DNA from: a virus
Lineage: Duplodnaviria; Caudoviricetes
Direction: 5' to 3' (one strand)
IMG/VR virus record: IMGVR_UViG_3300048606_000016
Span: 1-32,117 of that record
DNA length: 32,117 bases
The notes below the pieces were generated by a model, which saw only the letters and a list, made by a program, of their open reading frames with translations, had not been told where the DNA came from and made no database searches. Made by a program: the position numbers and the translations under genes. Below, piece by piece: positions 17,625-27,004 of the stretch. Position 1 is the stretch's first letter. Each line of letters starts with the position of its first letter.

Positions 17625-18488
17625 ATGGCCACCATGACGGTGTTCACCACCTCGGCTCCCGGCTTGCCCTGCAACTGGACTGTGGATACGGGGTGTTGCG
17701 ACGATGTCTGGGCTTCGGCCGATGTTGCGACGCAGACCGCTGCCGCCGAATACGGTGCGGTTTCCGTTTGGGCCGCGACAGGCCGCCGGTTCGGTGCTTG
17801 TACTCGAACTGTCCGACCTTGCGGACGGGACTGTTCCGAAAATCTGGGATGGGGCTCGGGCTACTACTGGTCTGAGGGGACCTGGTTCCCGTACATCCTC
17901 AACGGCGTCTGGCGCAACTGTTGGTGTGGAGCCGGCGCCGGCTGCCGGTGCAGGGCACAGTGTCAGGTCTGGCTCACCCCTCCCGTGTCCGGGATCGTTG
18001 AGGTTCGCTTCAGTGACGGCACCGTTGTTGACCCGGCAACCTACCGCGTTGATGACTGGCAATGGCTGGTCCGTCAAGGTCCCGACCTCGACGATGAGGG
18101 CGGGTGCTGGCCCAACCACAACGACTACGATTTTCCCGTCACTGGTGCACTTGCGCCCAGTGATAAGACTGCGTGGGAGGTGACATACCTGTGGGGTATA
18201 CCTGTCCCTGCCGTACTTCAGAGGGCAGCGGGGGAGCTTGCCTGCGAGTGGATCAAGAACTGTCAGGGGGCGGAGTGTCGTTTACCGCAGCGGGTTACGA
18301 GCATCGCCCGACAAGGAGTCTCGATCAGCCTTGCGGATGTGGACCAGCTCTTGCAGAACGGTTTAACTGGCCTGACCACGGTCGATTCGATCATTCAACG
18401 TTTTAATCCTGGCCGGCTGCCGTCGCGTATGCACATCGCGAGCCCTGACCTGCCAGTGATCCGGGAAACCACCTGGGGGTCGTTCTAG
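17625..18488 (+). CDS. Head-to-tail adaptor
   Basis: WAATGRRFG.C..TVRPC, YRVD, V.Y..G.PVP, AAGELACE..K.C...C.LP.RVTSI.RQGVS, G.TG...VD..I...NP. Confidence 0.87.
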   Translation: MATMTVFTTSAPGLPCNWTVDTGCCDDVWASADVATQTAAAEYGAVSVWAATGRRFGACTRTVRPCGRDCSENLGWGSGYYWSEGTWFPYILNGVWRNCWCGAGAGCRCRAQCQVWLTPPVSGIVEVRFSDGTVVDPATYRVDDWQWLVRQGPDLDDEGGCWPNHNDYDFPVTGALAPSDKTAWEVTYLWGIPVPAVLQRAAGELACEWIKNCQGAECRLPQRVTSIARQGVSISLADVDQLLQNGLTGLTTVDSIIQRFNPGRLPSRMHIASPDLPVIRETTWGSF

Positions 18489-18916
18489 TGGCCAACGCAG
18501 CGTTCACCAACTTCAAGGCTGGGATTCTCAGCGCTGACTTCGACCTCGCGGTCGCCTCGATCAAGGCTATGTTGGTTCGTGGTTATTCCTTCAACGCCGC
18601 CCACGTCACGGTGGCGGACGTGGTCTCGGCTGGTGGTGTCGTCAACGGGACCTCGGCTGCGCTCGCGTCTGCGACCGTTACCGGTGGAGTGTTTGACGCC
18701 GCAGATACTTCTGTTACGACCACGGCGTCGGCTTCGAACCACATCCTTCTTCTGGCTCAGACGTCGGCGGTTACCGGTGGTGCTGACCTACCCGCCTCTG
18801 GACAGCTGGTCATCGCCTACTACGACACTGGTTCGGGTCTTCCGATTCAACCGGGCACTGGGTCGGTCGCTATCACCTGGTCTGCAGGAGCTGCCAAGAT
18901 CCTCGCGGTGACGTAA
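18488..18916 (+). CDS. Virion structural protein (fibre-associated type, 142 aa)
   Basis: Small beta-rich A/S/T/G protein, translationally coupled; IKAMLV and LVIAYYD patterns resemble genes found upstream of fibre genes. Confidence 0.65.
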   Translation: MANAAFTNFKAGILSADFDLAVASIKAMLVRGYSFNAAHVTVADVVSAGGVVNGTSAALASATVTGGVFDAADTSVTTTASASNHILLLAQTSAVTGGADLPASGQLVIAYYDTGSGLPIQPGTGSVAITWSAGAAKILAVT

Positions 18917-18918
18917 CC

Positions 18919-20259
18919 ATGGCCATCGCACTCGTTGACTCTGATGCGGTAGGTATCGGGCTCACCAGTGCTGGCGTGGTGTACAACTTCCCCGCTGGCG
19001 CACCTGGTGCCACGGACCTGGACATCATCTCTATCAACTCTGACGCTCTCATCAACACACCGGCTGGTTGGACGCTGGGCGAGGATGAGAACAACAACCA
19101 GGGTTCGGCTGTCTTCTACCGTCGCGGTGGTGCCGGCGCTTCGGTCACGGTGAGCTCGGTTCAGACCCCCGGTCCGTTCAACGCCACCCTGAACTGGTCC
19201 CGGTGGAGCGGTAGCGCCGCCAGTCCCCTGGACGTACACGTCGGTGTGCAAGGAACCGGCGCCGCGAACACCACCCCCGCCATCAACTCCGGTGCCCTGG
19301 CCGAGACCGGGGAACTGGTCTACGTCTTCGCCGCTCTGCATTCCACGCAGACCTCGAACCAGAACACTCCGGTCTGGTCTGCTGGGTTCAACCCTCTGGA
19401 ACTGGTGGCTCAAGGCACTGGTGGCAACGGCTGTGTAGGTGTCACCGGGTACAAGCTGAACGCTGGCACGGCCGCCGAGACTCCCACCGTCACCTGGTCT
19501 GGTGACAGTGTCACCGACCGGTACGTGATGCTGCTGTCATTCAAGGCCGCCGTACCGGACCTGATCGAACCGACCAGCATCACCGACGTCATCACGTTCG
19601 GGGAGCCCGCGCTCACGGACACCGCGATGGCGGTGACCCCCACCAGCATCTCGGACCCGATCGTCCTGGGTCAGCCCACACTGGAGGGTCCACCTCAGCC
19701 CACGCTGCTGGACCCACTGTCCGAGCTGTACACCCAGGCACTTAGTTGCCTCTGTGCAATTACCAGCGTGATGCCCGGTAAGCCACCACAGCACTGCGCC
19801 CCCCGTATCGGACCCGAAATCACCTACGACATGGGCCAGTACGCCGACTACTGCTGCGAGGGTCTGGCGTACCTGGCCCTGGGTGACATCTGGTTGTCGG
19901 AGGCGTCATTCCCGGAGCAGGACATCATCCGTCAGATACGCGGCAACTGTGTACCTGGCGCCTGGGCCGCTGATCTCAAGCTAGGAATTATCAGGTGCTC
20001 CCCGGTCGGTAATCCGGAGAACGGTGAGCCACCCACCGATGACGACTGGACTGCCGCCGCTGTCCAGAACCTGTATGACGCTCAGGCTCTGCGCCGGGTG
20101 GCGTGCTGCATTCATAATTGGATCACTGACAACGAAACCCTGTACCTGGGTATGTCTGTGGTGATTAACCGACAGATCCAGGTCACCCCCAACGGTGGCT
20201 GTGTGGAACGGTACTTCACCGTGACGGTGCAGTTCCCGAACCTGGATTGCAGCTGCTGA
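18919..20259 (+). CDS. Fusion of a beta-rich appendage domain and a tail terminator-like domain
   Basis: C-terminal ~185 aa: CC.GLA, GIIRC.P, PP...W..AA...D..ALR...CC, P.GGC...TVTV. N-terminal ~210 aa S/T/G-rich, followed by two PTSI.D.I..G.P.L repeats. Confidence 0.7.
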   Translation: MAIALVDSDAVGIGLTSAGVVYNFPAGAPGATDLDIISINSDALINTPAGWTLGEDENNNQGSAVFYRRGGAGASVTVSSVQTPGPFNATLNWSRWSGSAASPLDVHVGVQGTGAANTTPAINSGALAETGELVYVFAALHSTQTSNQNTPVWSAGFNPLELVAQGTGGNGCVGVTGYKLNAGTAAETPTVTWSGDSVTDRYVMLLSFKAAVPDLIEPTSITDVITFGEPALTDTAMAVTPTSISDPIVLGQPTLEGPPQPTLLDPLSELYTQALSCLCAITSVMPGKPPQHCAPRIGPEITYDMGQYADYCCEGLAYLALGDIWLSEASFPEQDIIRQIRGNCVPGAWAADLKLGIIRCSPVGNPENGEPPTDDDWTAAAVQNLYDAQALRRVACCIHNWITDNETLYLGMSVVINRQIQVTPNGGCVERYFTVTVQFPNLDCSC

Positions 20260-20465
20260 TGTGGGTCGCGAACCTGCTCATCTTGAAGTCGTTTGAAGTG
20301 TGGACTGAGGGTGAGCTGATCTGTGTTGTCATTGATGAACGCTGGGCGCACCTGATCGCCAGCGACTACGCGAGGGTGGTGGACCGATGGCCGCTGGTTA
20401 CACCGTTCGCGTTGACCGATTCCAAGTACAGACCCAGTCCATTGAAGCCGGACGACGTCTTGTAA
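20259..20465 (+). CDS. Hypothetical protein (68 aa)
   Basis: TGATG coupling to the upstream stop; fills the gap but overlaps the next gene by 79 nt. Confidence 0.5.
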   Translation: MWVANLLILKSFEVWTEGELICVVIDERWAHLIASDYARVVDRWPLVTPFALTDSKYRPSPLKPDDVL

Positions 20466-20836
20466 CTCAGGTGGTGCGGGAGATTAAGGAAGGCGCCACC
20501 GCCATCCTGTCCTTCGGGCCGTACACCACCGGGAAATTGGCGACGGGCCTGGAAACGCAGATCCGCTACGGGCCCTACATCGTTGAGGGCAGGGTGGGTA
20601 TTTCCGGTCGCCGATTCATTTACGCTGCTTCAGTGGAGGGCGGCGCCCGCAAGCACAAAATCCCTCTTGTCCCGAAAGGTAAGGGTAAGTGGCTTGTGTT
20701 CTTCTGGCGCAAAGTAGGACATGTCGTAAAGCTGAAGCAGGTCAATCATCCTGGCCAGACCGGAAAGGCTTACCTGCGCATCCCCCTTTTAGTGGTTGCC
20801 CCCCGCCACAACATGAAGGTCTTCACCTACGATTAG
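20387..20836 (+). CDS. HK97 gp10-like neck/tail completion protein
   Basis: TG.LA, YAASVEGGA..H.I, L.FFW, VNHPG...K.YL; basic protein. Confidence 0.8.
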   Translation: MAAGYTVRVDRFQVQTQSIEAGRRLVTQVVREIKEGATAILSFGPYTTGKLATGLETQIRYGPYIVEGRVGISGRRFIYAASVEGGARKHKIPLVPKGKGKWLVFFWRKVGHVVKLKQVNHPGQTGKAYLRIPLLVVAPRHNMKVFTYD

Positions 20837-20839
20837 CCG

Positions 20840-21184
20840 ATGACCAACCCTGAGGCCGATATCCGGCTTGTCGATGTTAAAGGCCGGAAGATTTCCGTTA
20901 GACAACTGAAGGACGCACAGCTGATCTTGATGGGTCGCGATGCCAAGACCCTCGGAGACGAGAACGCGGACCAGCGTCGCCGATTTAACGCAGCGGCCTA
21001 CATCATGGACGCTTTCGAGTCCGCGATTGTGACTGACCAGGACAAGGATTACGTCCTGGACCTGACCCGCAAGGGCCAGCTGGAGATCAGTGACTTCCAG
21101 GAGTTCCTGTCGGTGTTCCACACCGAACCCACCGAAGTGAAGAAGCCGGTACGCCGTGGTCGGCCGCCGCGCAAGTCCGCCTAG
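20840..21184 (+). CDS. Tail assembly chaperone (first)
   Basis: Size and position two genes upstream of the tape measure. Confidence 0.65.
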   Translation: MTNPEADIRLVDVKGRKISVRQLKDAQLILMGRDAKTLGDENADQRRRFNAAAYIMDAFESAIVTDQDKDYVLDLTRKGQLEISDFQEFLSVFHTEPTEVKKPVRRGRPPRKSA

Positions 21185-21755
21185 TTCTGAAGGATCTGGC
21201 TCTGGCCAGATCCCCCTCCCGCACCTCATCACCGACCCGGTCTGGTCACTGAAGCAGTGGCCGGTGGAGGTGGAGGTGTGTGGGGAGGACTTCACCATCC
21301 CCGCCATGTGCGCGGCGGACTGGCTGCAGGTCCTGATGGTGGAGAACCTGCAACCCGAGCAGGTGTTTCCGGGGTTACTGGGCGAGGATGACCAGGACTG
21401 GTTCGAAGATCAACTCCACCAGGGTCAGCTGGACCTGGAGGAGTTGTACGTCCTGGCATTCGACGTCATCGCCACCGTCACCGGGCGCCCCTGGTGGGTA
21501 GCACTGCGCCTCATCGGCATCGCCCGAGACAGCTGGGACGCGCTCGGCGGAGAGATGGCGCAGAAGTCAGACGCCTCCCGGTTGTCTCTGGCTGCCTGGT
21601 TGGATGTTCTGTTCCTTCTGGTGGTCCGCAACATCGACGACGCCAAGCGCAACATGTTCCTCATGAAGCTGGAACTCGCCCCCGAGGGGTGGGGTCCCGT
21701 GCCCGAGGAGACGATGGAAATGTCCGGAGACGCCTTCTTGGCCATGGCTGGGTAG
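21156..21755 (+). CDS. Tail assembly chaperone (second)
   Basis: Immediately upstream of the tape measure; IPA..AADWL, TGRPWWVA.RL, L.L.AWLD motifs; start uncertain. Confidence 0.65.
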   Translation: MVGRRASPPSSEGSGSGQIPLPHLITDPVWSLKQWPVEVEVCGEDFTIPAMCAADWLQVLMVENLQPEQVFPGLLGEDDQDWFEDQLHQGQLDLEELYVLAFDVIATVTGRPWWVALRLIGIARDSWDALGGEMAQKSDASRLSLAAWLDVLFLLVVRNIDDAKRNMFLMKLELAPEGWGPVPEETMEMSGDAFLAMAG

Positions 21756-21797
21756 CAGTAGTACCATCTTGGCCCGTTTCATCCGTACCATGAGGCT

Positions 21798-23795
21798 GTG
21801 ACCGGTCCCCTCGGCAGTGGCAGCCTCGGCGATGCCTACATCAACGTCCACGCCCGGACCGATGATGTGGAGCCGGATGTCCGCAAGGGACTGGACAAGG
21901 CTGGGAAGGACTCCGAAAAAGACGCCGACAATATCGGCAAGAACATCGGCGACCACCTCGGTGACGGGATTGAGAAGGAGGTCTCCCGCCACGGCCCATC
22001 GATTGCCAAGACAATTGGTAAGTCGGTGGAGAAGGAAGTTGTCGATGTAAAACCCAATTTCCGATACGACGTACGTGGCCGGGATGGCAGGTTCATCTCC
22101 CGGGCTGCCGCGAACATTCGCGAGGAAGTAGAGGAAGCCTTCGCTGGTGCGGCCAGCGGAGCCAGTGGCATCTTCGGCAAGATCGGCACCGCGATCTCCG
22201 ACGCCATCGGCGCCGGCTTCAACGTCTCCGGTAAGTCACCGCTGGTCTACATCCTGGCCCCGGTGTATGCGGCTATCGGTGGCCTGGTCATCGCTGCCAT
22301 TCAGGCAGCCAACGGAGTCATCGCCGCGATCCTGGCCATCCCTGCCGCCATCTCCGTCCTGCTGGTGGAGATCGGTGTGCTGTACCTGGCCTTCCATGGG
22401 CTCGGTGATGCGATCCAGGGTGCGTTCGCGGCGAAGAACGCCACCGAGCTCAACGAGGCCCTGAAGAACCTGACTCCCTCGGCGCAGGGGTTCGTGCGGG
22501 CGCTGCTGCCGGCCAAAAGCTTATTCGATGAGCTGTCCAAGTCCGCCCAGGAGGCGTTCTTCGCGGCCATCGGAGGCGGCCAGAAGATCTCCGCCCTCTT
22601 GACTGCTATCGCTGGCCCACTCAAGGCCGGTATCCCCATCGTCGCCGCGAGCCTGGGCCGCTTCTTCGACAAGCTGATCTCCTTCTTCAGCTCCCCTCTG
22701 TTCACCGCCTTCCTGGACAAGATCTTCCCGGCGGTGGCACAGATCGTGGACATGTTGGGCGGTCCGTTCATCGACTTCCTGGTGGGCCTGTTCGTCCTGA
22801 TCGTCCAGTCGCTGCCGTTCCTGCTGGAGCTGACAAGCCGCTTCGGGGACCTACTCACCACCATCGGTAACCTGCTGGCTGGTGTCAGCCCGGACTGGCT
22901 CAACGAGATGCTGACCACCTTGGACAAGACGTTCGAGTTGTTCGGTGCCCTCATTGGACTGATTGCGGTCCTGTTCGCTCAGGTGAACAGTGCCGGCGGT
23001 AACGAGCTGCTCGACTTCCTCATCGAAGCGACCACTGTCCTCACTGGATTCTTCGCCAGCCCCATCGGCAAGGAAGCTATCGCTGGCCTCATCCGGCTGG
23101 CCGAGGCGGGCATCTTCATCCTCATCGCCCTGATCGAGGCCATCGCTCTGGTCGCTGCCGGCTTCCAGCTGCTGACCAACACCATCGGTACGTTCTTCCA
23201 CTGGCTGCTGGAGGTGGCGTTCCCCGCCATCGGCCGGTTCTTCAGCGGACTGGGTAGCAACTCCGATGCCTTCTTCGCCACCCTGAGGAACAACTTCACC
23301 AACGCCATCGGCCTCATCACGACACTGCCGGGGAAGGCAGCGGCAGCCCTGGCCAGCATCGGTACCACGTTGGTGGGCGCCGGACGCAACCTGATCCAAG
23401 GTCTCATCAACGGCATCATGGCTGCCCTGGGTCCGCTACGGGCCACGTTGAACTACGTCACCGCCCTCATTCCTAGCTGGAAGGGACCGGAGACCAAGGA
23501 CCGTCGGATCCTGGAGCCAGCTGGCCGGGCAGTGATGGAGGGCTTCGGGGCTGGGATCCAGTCCGGGGCCGCCGACATCAAGGCGATGCTGGGTGACTTC
23601 ACCACTGGTCTCGGTGGTATCGGTATCAACCAGAGCAGTACGCACATCCTGTTCGGCGCCAACGCGCTGCAGGTCAACTTCAACGGCGCCCTGCCCACCT
23701 CGAAGGATGCGATGGCTACCGGTGTCGCCGTGGGCACGGGTATCAACGCTCAGATAGCCGCCCGGAACACGAAGCTAGCAGTGAGGACTCTGTAG
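21798..23795 (+). CDS. Tape measure protein (665 aa)
   Basis: LGDAYINV..RT N-terminus, ALKNLTPSAQ.FV, amphipathic A/G/L/I/F repeats, G.NLIQGLINGI, IP.WKGP...DR..L.PAG..VM.GF..G. Confidence 0.92.
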   Translation: MTGPLGSGSLGDAYINVHARTDDVEPDVRKGLDKAGKDSEKDADNIGKNIGDHLGDGIEKEVSRHGPSIAKTIGKSVEKEVVDVKPNFRYDVRGRDGRFISRAAANIREEVEEAFAGAASGASGIFGKIGTAISDAIGAGFNVSGKSPLVYILAPVYAAIGGLVIAAIQAANGVIAAILAIPAAISVLLVEIGVLYLAFHGLGDAIQGAFAAKNATELNEALKNLTPSAQGFVRALLPAKSLFDELSKSAQEAFFAAIGGGQKISALLTAIAGPLKAGIPIVAASLGRFFDKLISFFSSPLFTAFLDKIFPAVAQIVDMLGGPFIDFLVGLFVLIVQSLPFLLELTSRFGDLLTTIGNLLAGVSPDWLNEMLTTLDKTFELFGALIGLIAVLFAQVNSAGGNELLDFLIEATTVLTGFFASPIGKEAIAGLIRLAEAGIFILIALIEAIALVAAGFQLLTNTIGTFFHWLLEVAFPAIGRFFSGLGSNSDAFFATLRNNFTNAIGLITTLPGKAAAALASIGTTLVGAGRNLIQGLINGIMAALGPLRATLNYVTALIPSWKGPETKDRRILEPAGRAVMEGFGAGIQSGAADIKAMLGDFTTGLGGIGINQSSTHILFGANALQVNFNGALPTSKDAMATGVAVGTGINAQIAARNTKLAVRTL

Positions 23796-26700
23796 TGGGT
23801 ATCTACAACCCTTATATCCCGCAGATTCTGGGCCAGGAATGGTGTCCGATCCGGGACGAAGACATCATCTTCTCGCAGACGAACTCGTCCTTCGAGCAGG
23901 GCACGTCGTTCACTCTGAACTCTTCCCGGCAGACGCCCACGGGCAAGTTCTACATCAACGAACCACCGGGTGAGTTCTACCGGTTCCAGCCGATGACCAT
24001 GAACATCTACCCGAAGGGTCAGGAGGCGCAGAGCGGACCCATCATGCGCCTGGTGGTTCCCTGTAACGTCGGTCTGCTGACGGGTAGCGCAGTCCTGCTG
24101 GCTGGTGCCAGTACAGTGGCTGAGGCTGTCCTGAACCCGAGCGCACCGACGGGTATCCGGTTCCCGGCTGGCTTCGGTGTGGCTGGCTCGGCCACCTTCT
24201 TCTTCAACATGAACGCGGTCATCGGCTACCTGACTGGCGGTGGCTCTGGTCCGTACAAGCGGATCGTCGGGTTCAACTGTCTGTACAACGCTGACTACAA
24301 CCTGCCTTCCGGTGTACTGGACCGGACGCAGGAAGTTCCTCTGTCCATGGGTGATGCCACCAACGTAGACCTGATCGAGTTCTCCGACATCGTCTACGGT
24401 CCACAGTGGAACAAGCATGACATCTCCCGCATCCAGCTAGGAACAGTCAACCCGTTCTTCGGCAGCGCCCCGCTGACGAACAACGAGCTGATGGAGTGGA
24501 CGCCGAACGAACTGCTGCGCTTCGAGCAGGCATCGTCGGGTCCGCTGCACCTCATGATCGACACCATTGCGGACGCGGACCCTGGACCCGACGTCATCGT
24601 GTCGTACATGGCGCTGGAGATCTTCTACTGCGAGGAGCGTCGGGTAGCTACCGGCAGCCACGCCTACAACGGCATCGGTGGCTCGGTCCCGGTACGCAAG
24701 ACCTACATCCAGGGTGCCAACCCCATCGTCCTGCGCACCGCCGGCGGCGGTGCTGCCAACCCGGTACTGGCCGCTGGCGACTACACCATGACCATCACCC
24801 AGTCCAACGTCGGTGACAACATCCTGGCCCTGATCAACCTGGGTCCGGAGCCGAAGCTGAACGCGCTACGGGAGCTGTACCCGATCCCCACGCACGAGGG
24901 TGTCATCGTCAACGTGCCGTTCCCCCCGACACCGGAGATCGAGGGTCAGACCATGACCCGCGAGACCACCCACATCCTGCCGCAGCTGTCCCTGCACGCC
25001 TCTGGTGCTTCCGGTGCCGCGTTCCTGGAACCCCACGTGTACGGACGTCAGGCCAAGGCGCAGGTGGATACCGTCACTCAGGCCGAGCAGGACATCCTGG
25101 ACTCTGTTGTCCCGGCGGCCCCTTACCCTCAGGTCAGGTTCTACGCCCGCCGATTCGGGGACACCACAGTCCCGCTGCTGTTGAACTCCACCACCGCGTT
25201 CCCCACCAGTGCTGTCACCATCTCTCCCGATGACTTCGATGAGCTACCAGAGATCATTGACGGCTGGAAAGAAGTCACCCTCCGATTCGAGTTCCCACCC
25301 ACCATGGGTGGCACAGGCAACCCAACGTGGCGGTTCAGCGCGCCCACAGAATCCAAGGGCAACCGGTGGGAGATCCTGGGTGCCGCCGCGATCGCCCTGT
25401 CAGGTCAGCCAGGGAACCTCTATGTCCTAGCCCCGGGGCAGCTAGGACCAGCTACCTACGGGCAGCCCATCTCTGGTACTGGCATCAACTTGAATTGGTA
25501 TCCCGGTCTCACCTTCGCTGGGTCCAGCAACACTGATGACATCACAGCGGACGCGGTGCTCCTGTTCTCACAGGACCCGGCCGCTGTGTCTGGGTTCGGG
25601 GTCACCAACCTGAATCAGGCGTTGACGGGGATCGGCTTGAACTGCGGCCTACCTCCCGCGTTCATCCCTACTGCCCTGGCGTACAACCAGCTGGCATGGA
25701 GTCTGGACCCGGTCAACCAGCTCTCCGACATTTTCTCCCGCACGGTGGCCAGTGGCTGGGGTACTGCTACCAGTGGTCAGACGTGGACGGCTAGCGGTGG
25801 CTCGGCTACTGACTTCTCGGTCAGTAGTGGAGCGGGTCGAGTCCTCATGTCAACCACCAACGCCTATCGGATCACTAGGGTTAACAGCTTCTCCGCTGCC
25901 GACGTAGACGCCTACGCGGAGATCTCCAGCGACACCAAGGCACTGGGCGTGGACCACTGGGGTTCCATCGCGGTCCGTGATAACGGTGCCGGTGACCAGA
26001 TCTACGCGGCGGTGGAGTTCTCTCCCTCTAACGCCGGCACCGTCACGCTGAACATACGGACAGTGGTAGCGGGTGCCCATACCCTGCTGGGTGCTGTCGT
26101 GTTCGCGAAGCAATACACCCTGAACCGGAAGGTGAAGGTCCGGCTCCAGGTCCAGGGCACCAACGTCAATGCGAAAGCGTGGATGGATGGTGACATTGAA
26201 CCCGACCATTGGCTACTACAACTGCAGACGCTGACCAACAGCGCGGCCGGCACGGTAGCTACTCGCACCATCGCTGGCTCTGGTTCACCCACTGGTATGA
26301 CGGTGTCCTACGACAACATCGTGGTCAACCAGATCTCGTTGAACTACACCGAGATCCAGCGCATGGACACTGTGGACACCACCTGGAAGACGATCATGAA
26401 GGCCACCAACCAGGGAGTCCAGTCCTTCAACGACTACGAAGCCCGGGTCGGCATCCTCACCGGCTATCGCATCCGCAAGGTGAACGTGTACGAGTTCCCC
26501 GGCGCCTGGTCCTCCACCATCACCACCACGTTGGCCGCGCCCGGTGTCACGGCTACCGGTATGACAGCTGACGACCACGTCTGGATCTTCACCACCAACT
26601 CCATCCAGAACGGCAGCAGTAACCTGGCCTACTGCCTCGGCTGGGATGGGGAGGTATCCGAAGACTTCAACTTCCCTGAGTCCAGCGGGCAGGTCTTCCA

Positions 26701-27004
26701 GGCCGTGTACAACCGCAACTACGTGACTGTGTTCCGACCAACGGAGCGCGGCGGTACCAACTTCACCCGCAACCTCCTTGTCCAGGCCGCTGCCATCTCC
26801 CCGGAAACCTTGGAAGACTTCACTTCCCTGCGGGACATGGCCTGGGTGGATGTGCCCTACATCTGCCTACGGGATGAGGACGGCAACCGTTGGTTCTCCA
26901 ACGTGTCGGTTGTCGGGGGCACAGTCCTACGCGGCCGGCGTCTGTACATGGCACCAGTCAGCGTGGTGGAAGTGACTGACACTCCAACCCCCGTGGACCC
27001 GTGA
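23795..27004 (+). CDS. Large minor tail protein (tail tip) with an internal lectin-like module
   Basis: Follows the TMP; beta-rich; FN3-like segment interrupted by a D.FSRTV.SGWG.A.SGQ.WT module; C-terminal distal-tail-like region. Confidence 0.8.
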   Translation: MGIYNPYIPQILGQEWCPIRDEDIIFSQTNSSFEQGTSFTLNSSRQTPTGKFYINEPPGEFYRFQPMTMNIYPKGQEAQSGPIMRLVVPCNVGLLTGSAVLLAGASTVAEAVLNPSAPTGIRFPAGFGVAGSATFFFNMNAVIGYLTGGGSGPYKRIVGFNCLYNADYNLPSGVLDRTQEVPLSMGDATNVDLIEFSDIVYGPQWNKHDISRIQLGTVNPFFGSAPLTNNELMEWTPNELLRFEQASSGPLHLMIDTIADADPGPDVIVSYMALEIFYCEERRVATGSHAYNGIGGSVPVRKTYIQGANPIVLRTAGGGAANPVLAAGDYTMTITQSNVGDNILALINLGPEPKLNALRELYPIPTHEGVIVNVPFPPTPEIEGQTMTRETTHILPQLSLHASGASGAAFLEPHVYGRQAKAQVDTVTQAEQDILDSVVPAAPYPQVRFYARRFGDTTVPLLLNSTTAFPTSAVTISPDDFDELPEIIDGWKEVTLRFEFPPTMGGTGNPTWRFSAPTESKGNRWEILGAAAIALSGQPGNLYVLAPGQLGPATYGQPISGTGINLNWYPGLTFAGSSNTDDITADAVLLFSQDPAAVSGFGVTNLNQALTGIGLNCGLPPAFIPTALAYNQLAWSLDPVNQLSDIFSRTVASGWGTATSGQTWTASGGSATDFSVSSGAGRVLMSTTNAYRITRVNSFSAADVDAYAEISSDTKALGVDHWGSIAVRDNGAGDQIYAAVEFSPSNAGTVTLNIRTVVAGAHTLLGAVVFAKQYTLNRKVKVRLQVQGTNVNAKAWMDGDIEPDHWLLQLQTLTNSAAGTVATRTIAGSGSPTGMTVSYDNIVVNQISLNYTEIQRMDTVDTTWKTIMKATNQGVQSFNDYEARVGILTGYRIRKVNVYEFPGAWSSTITTTLAAPGVTATGMTADDHVWIFTTNSIQNGSSNLAYCLGWDGEVSEDFNFPESSGQVFQAVYNRNYVTVFRPTERGGTNFTRNLLVQAAAISPETLEDFTSLRDMAWVDVPYICLRDEDGNRWFSNVSVVGGTVLRGRRLYMAPVSVVEVTDTPTPVDP

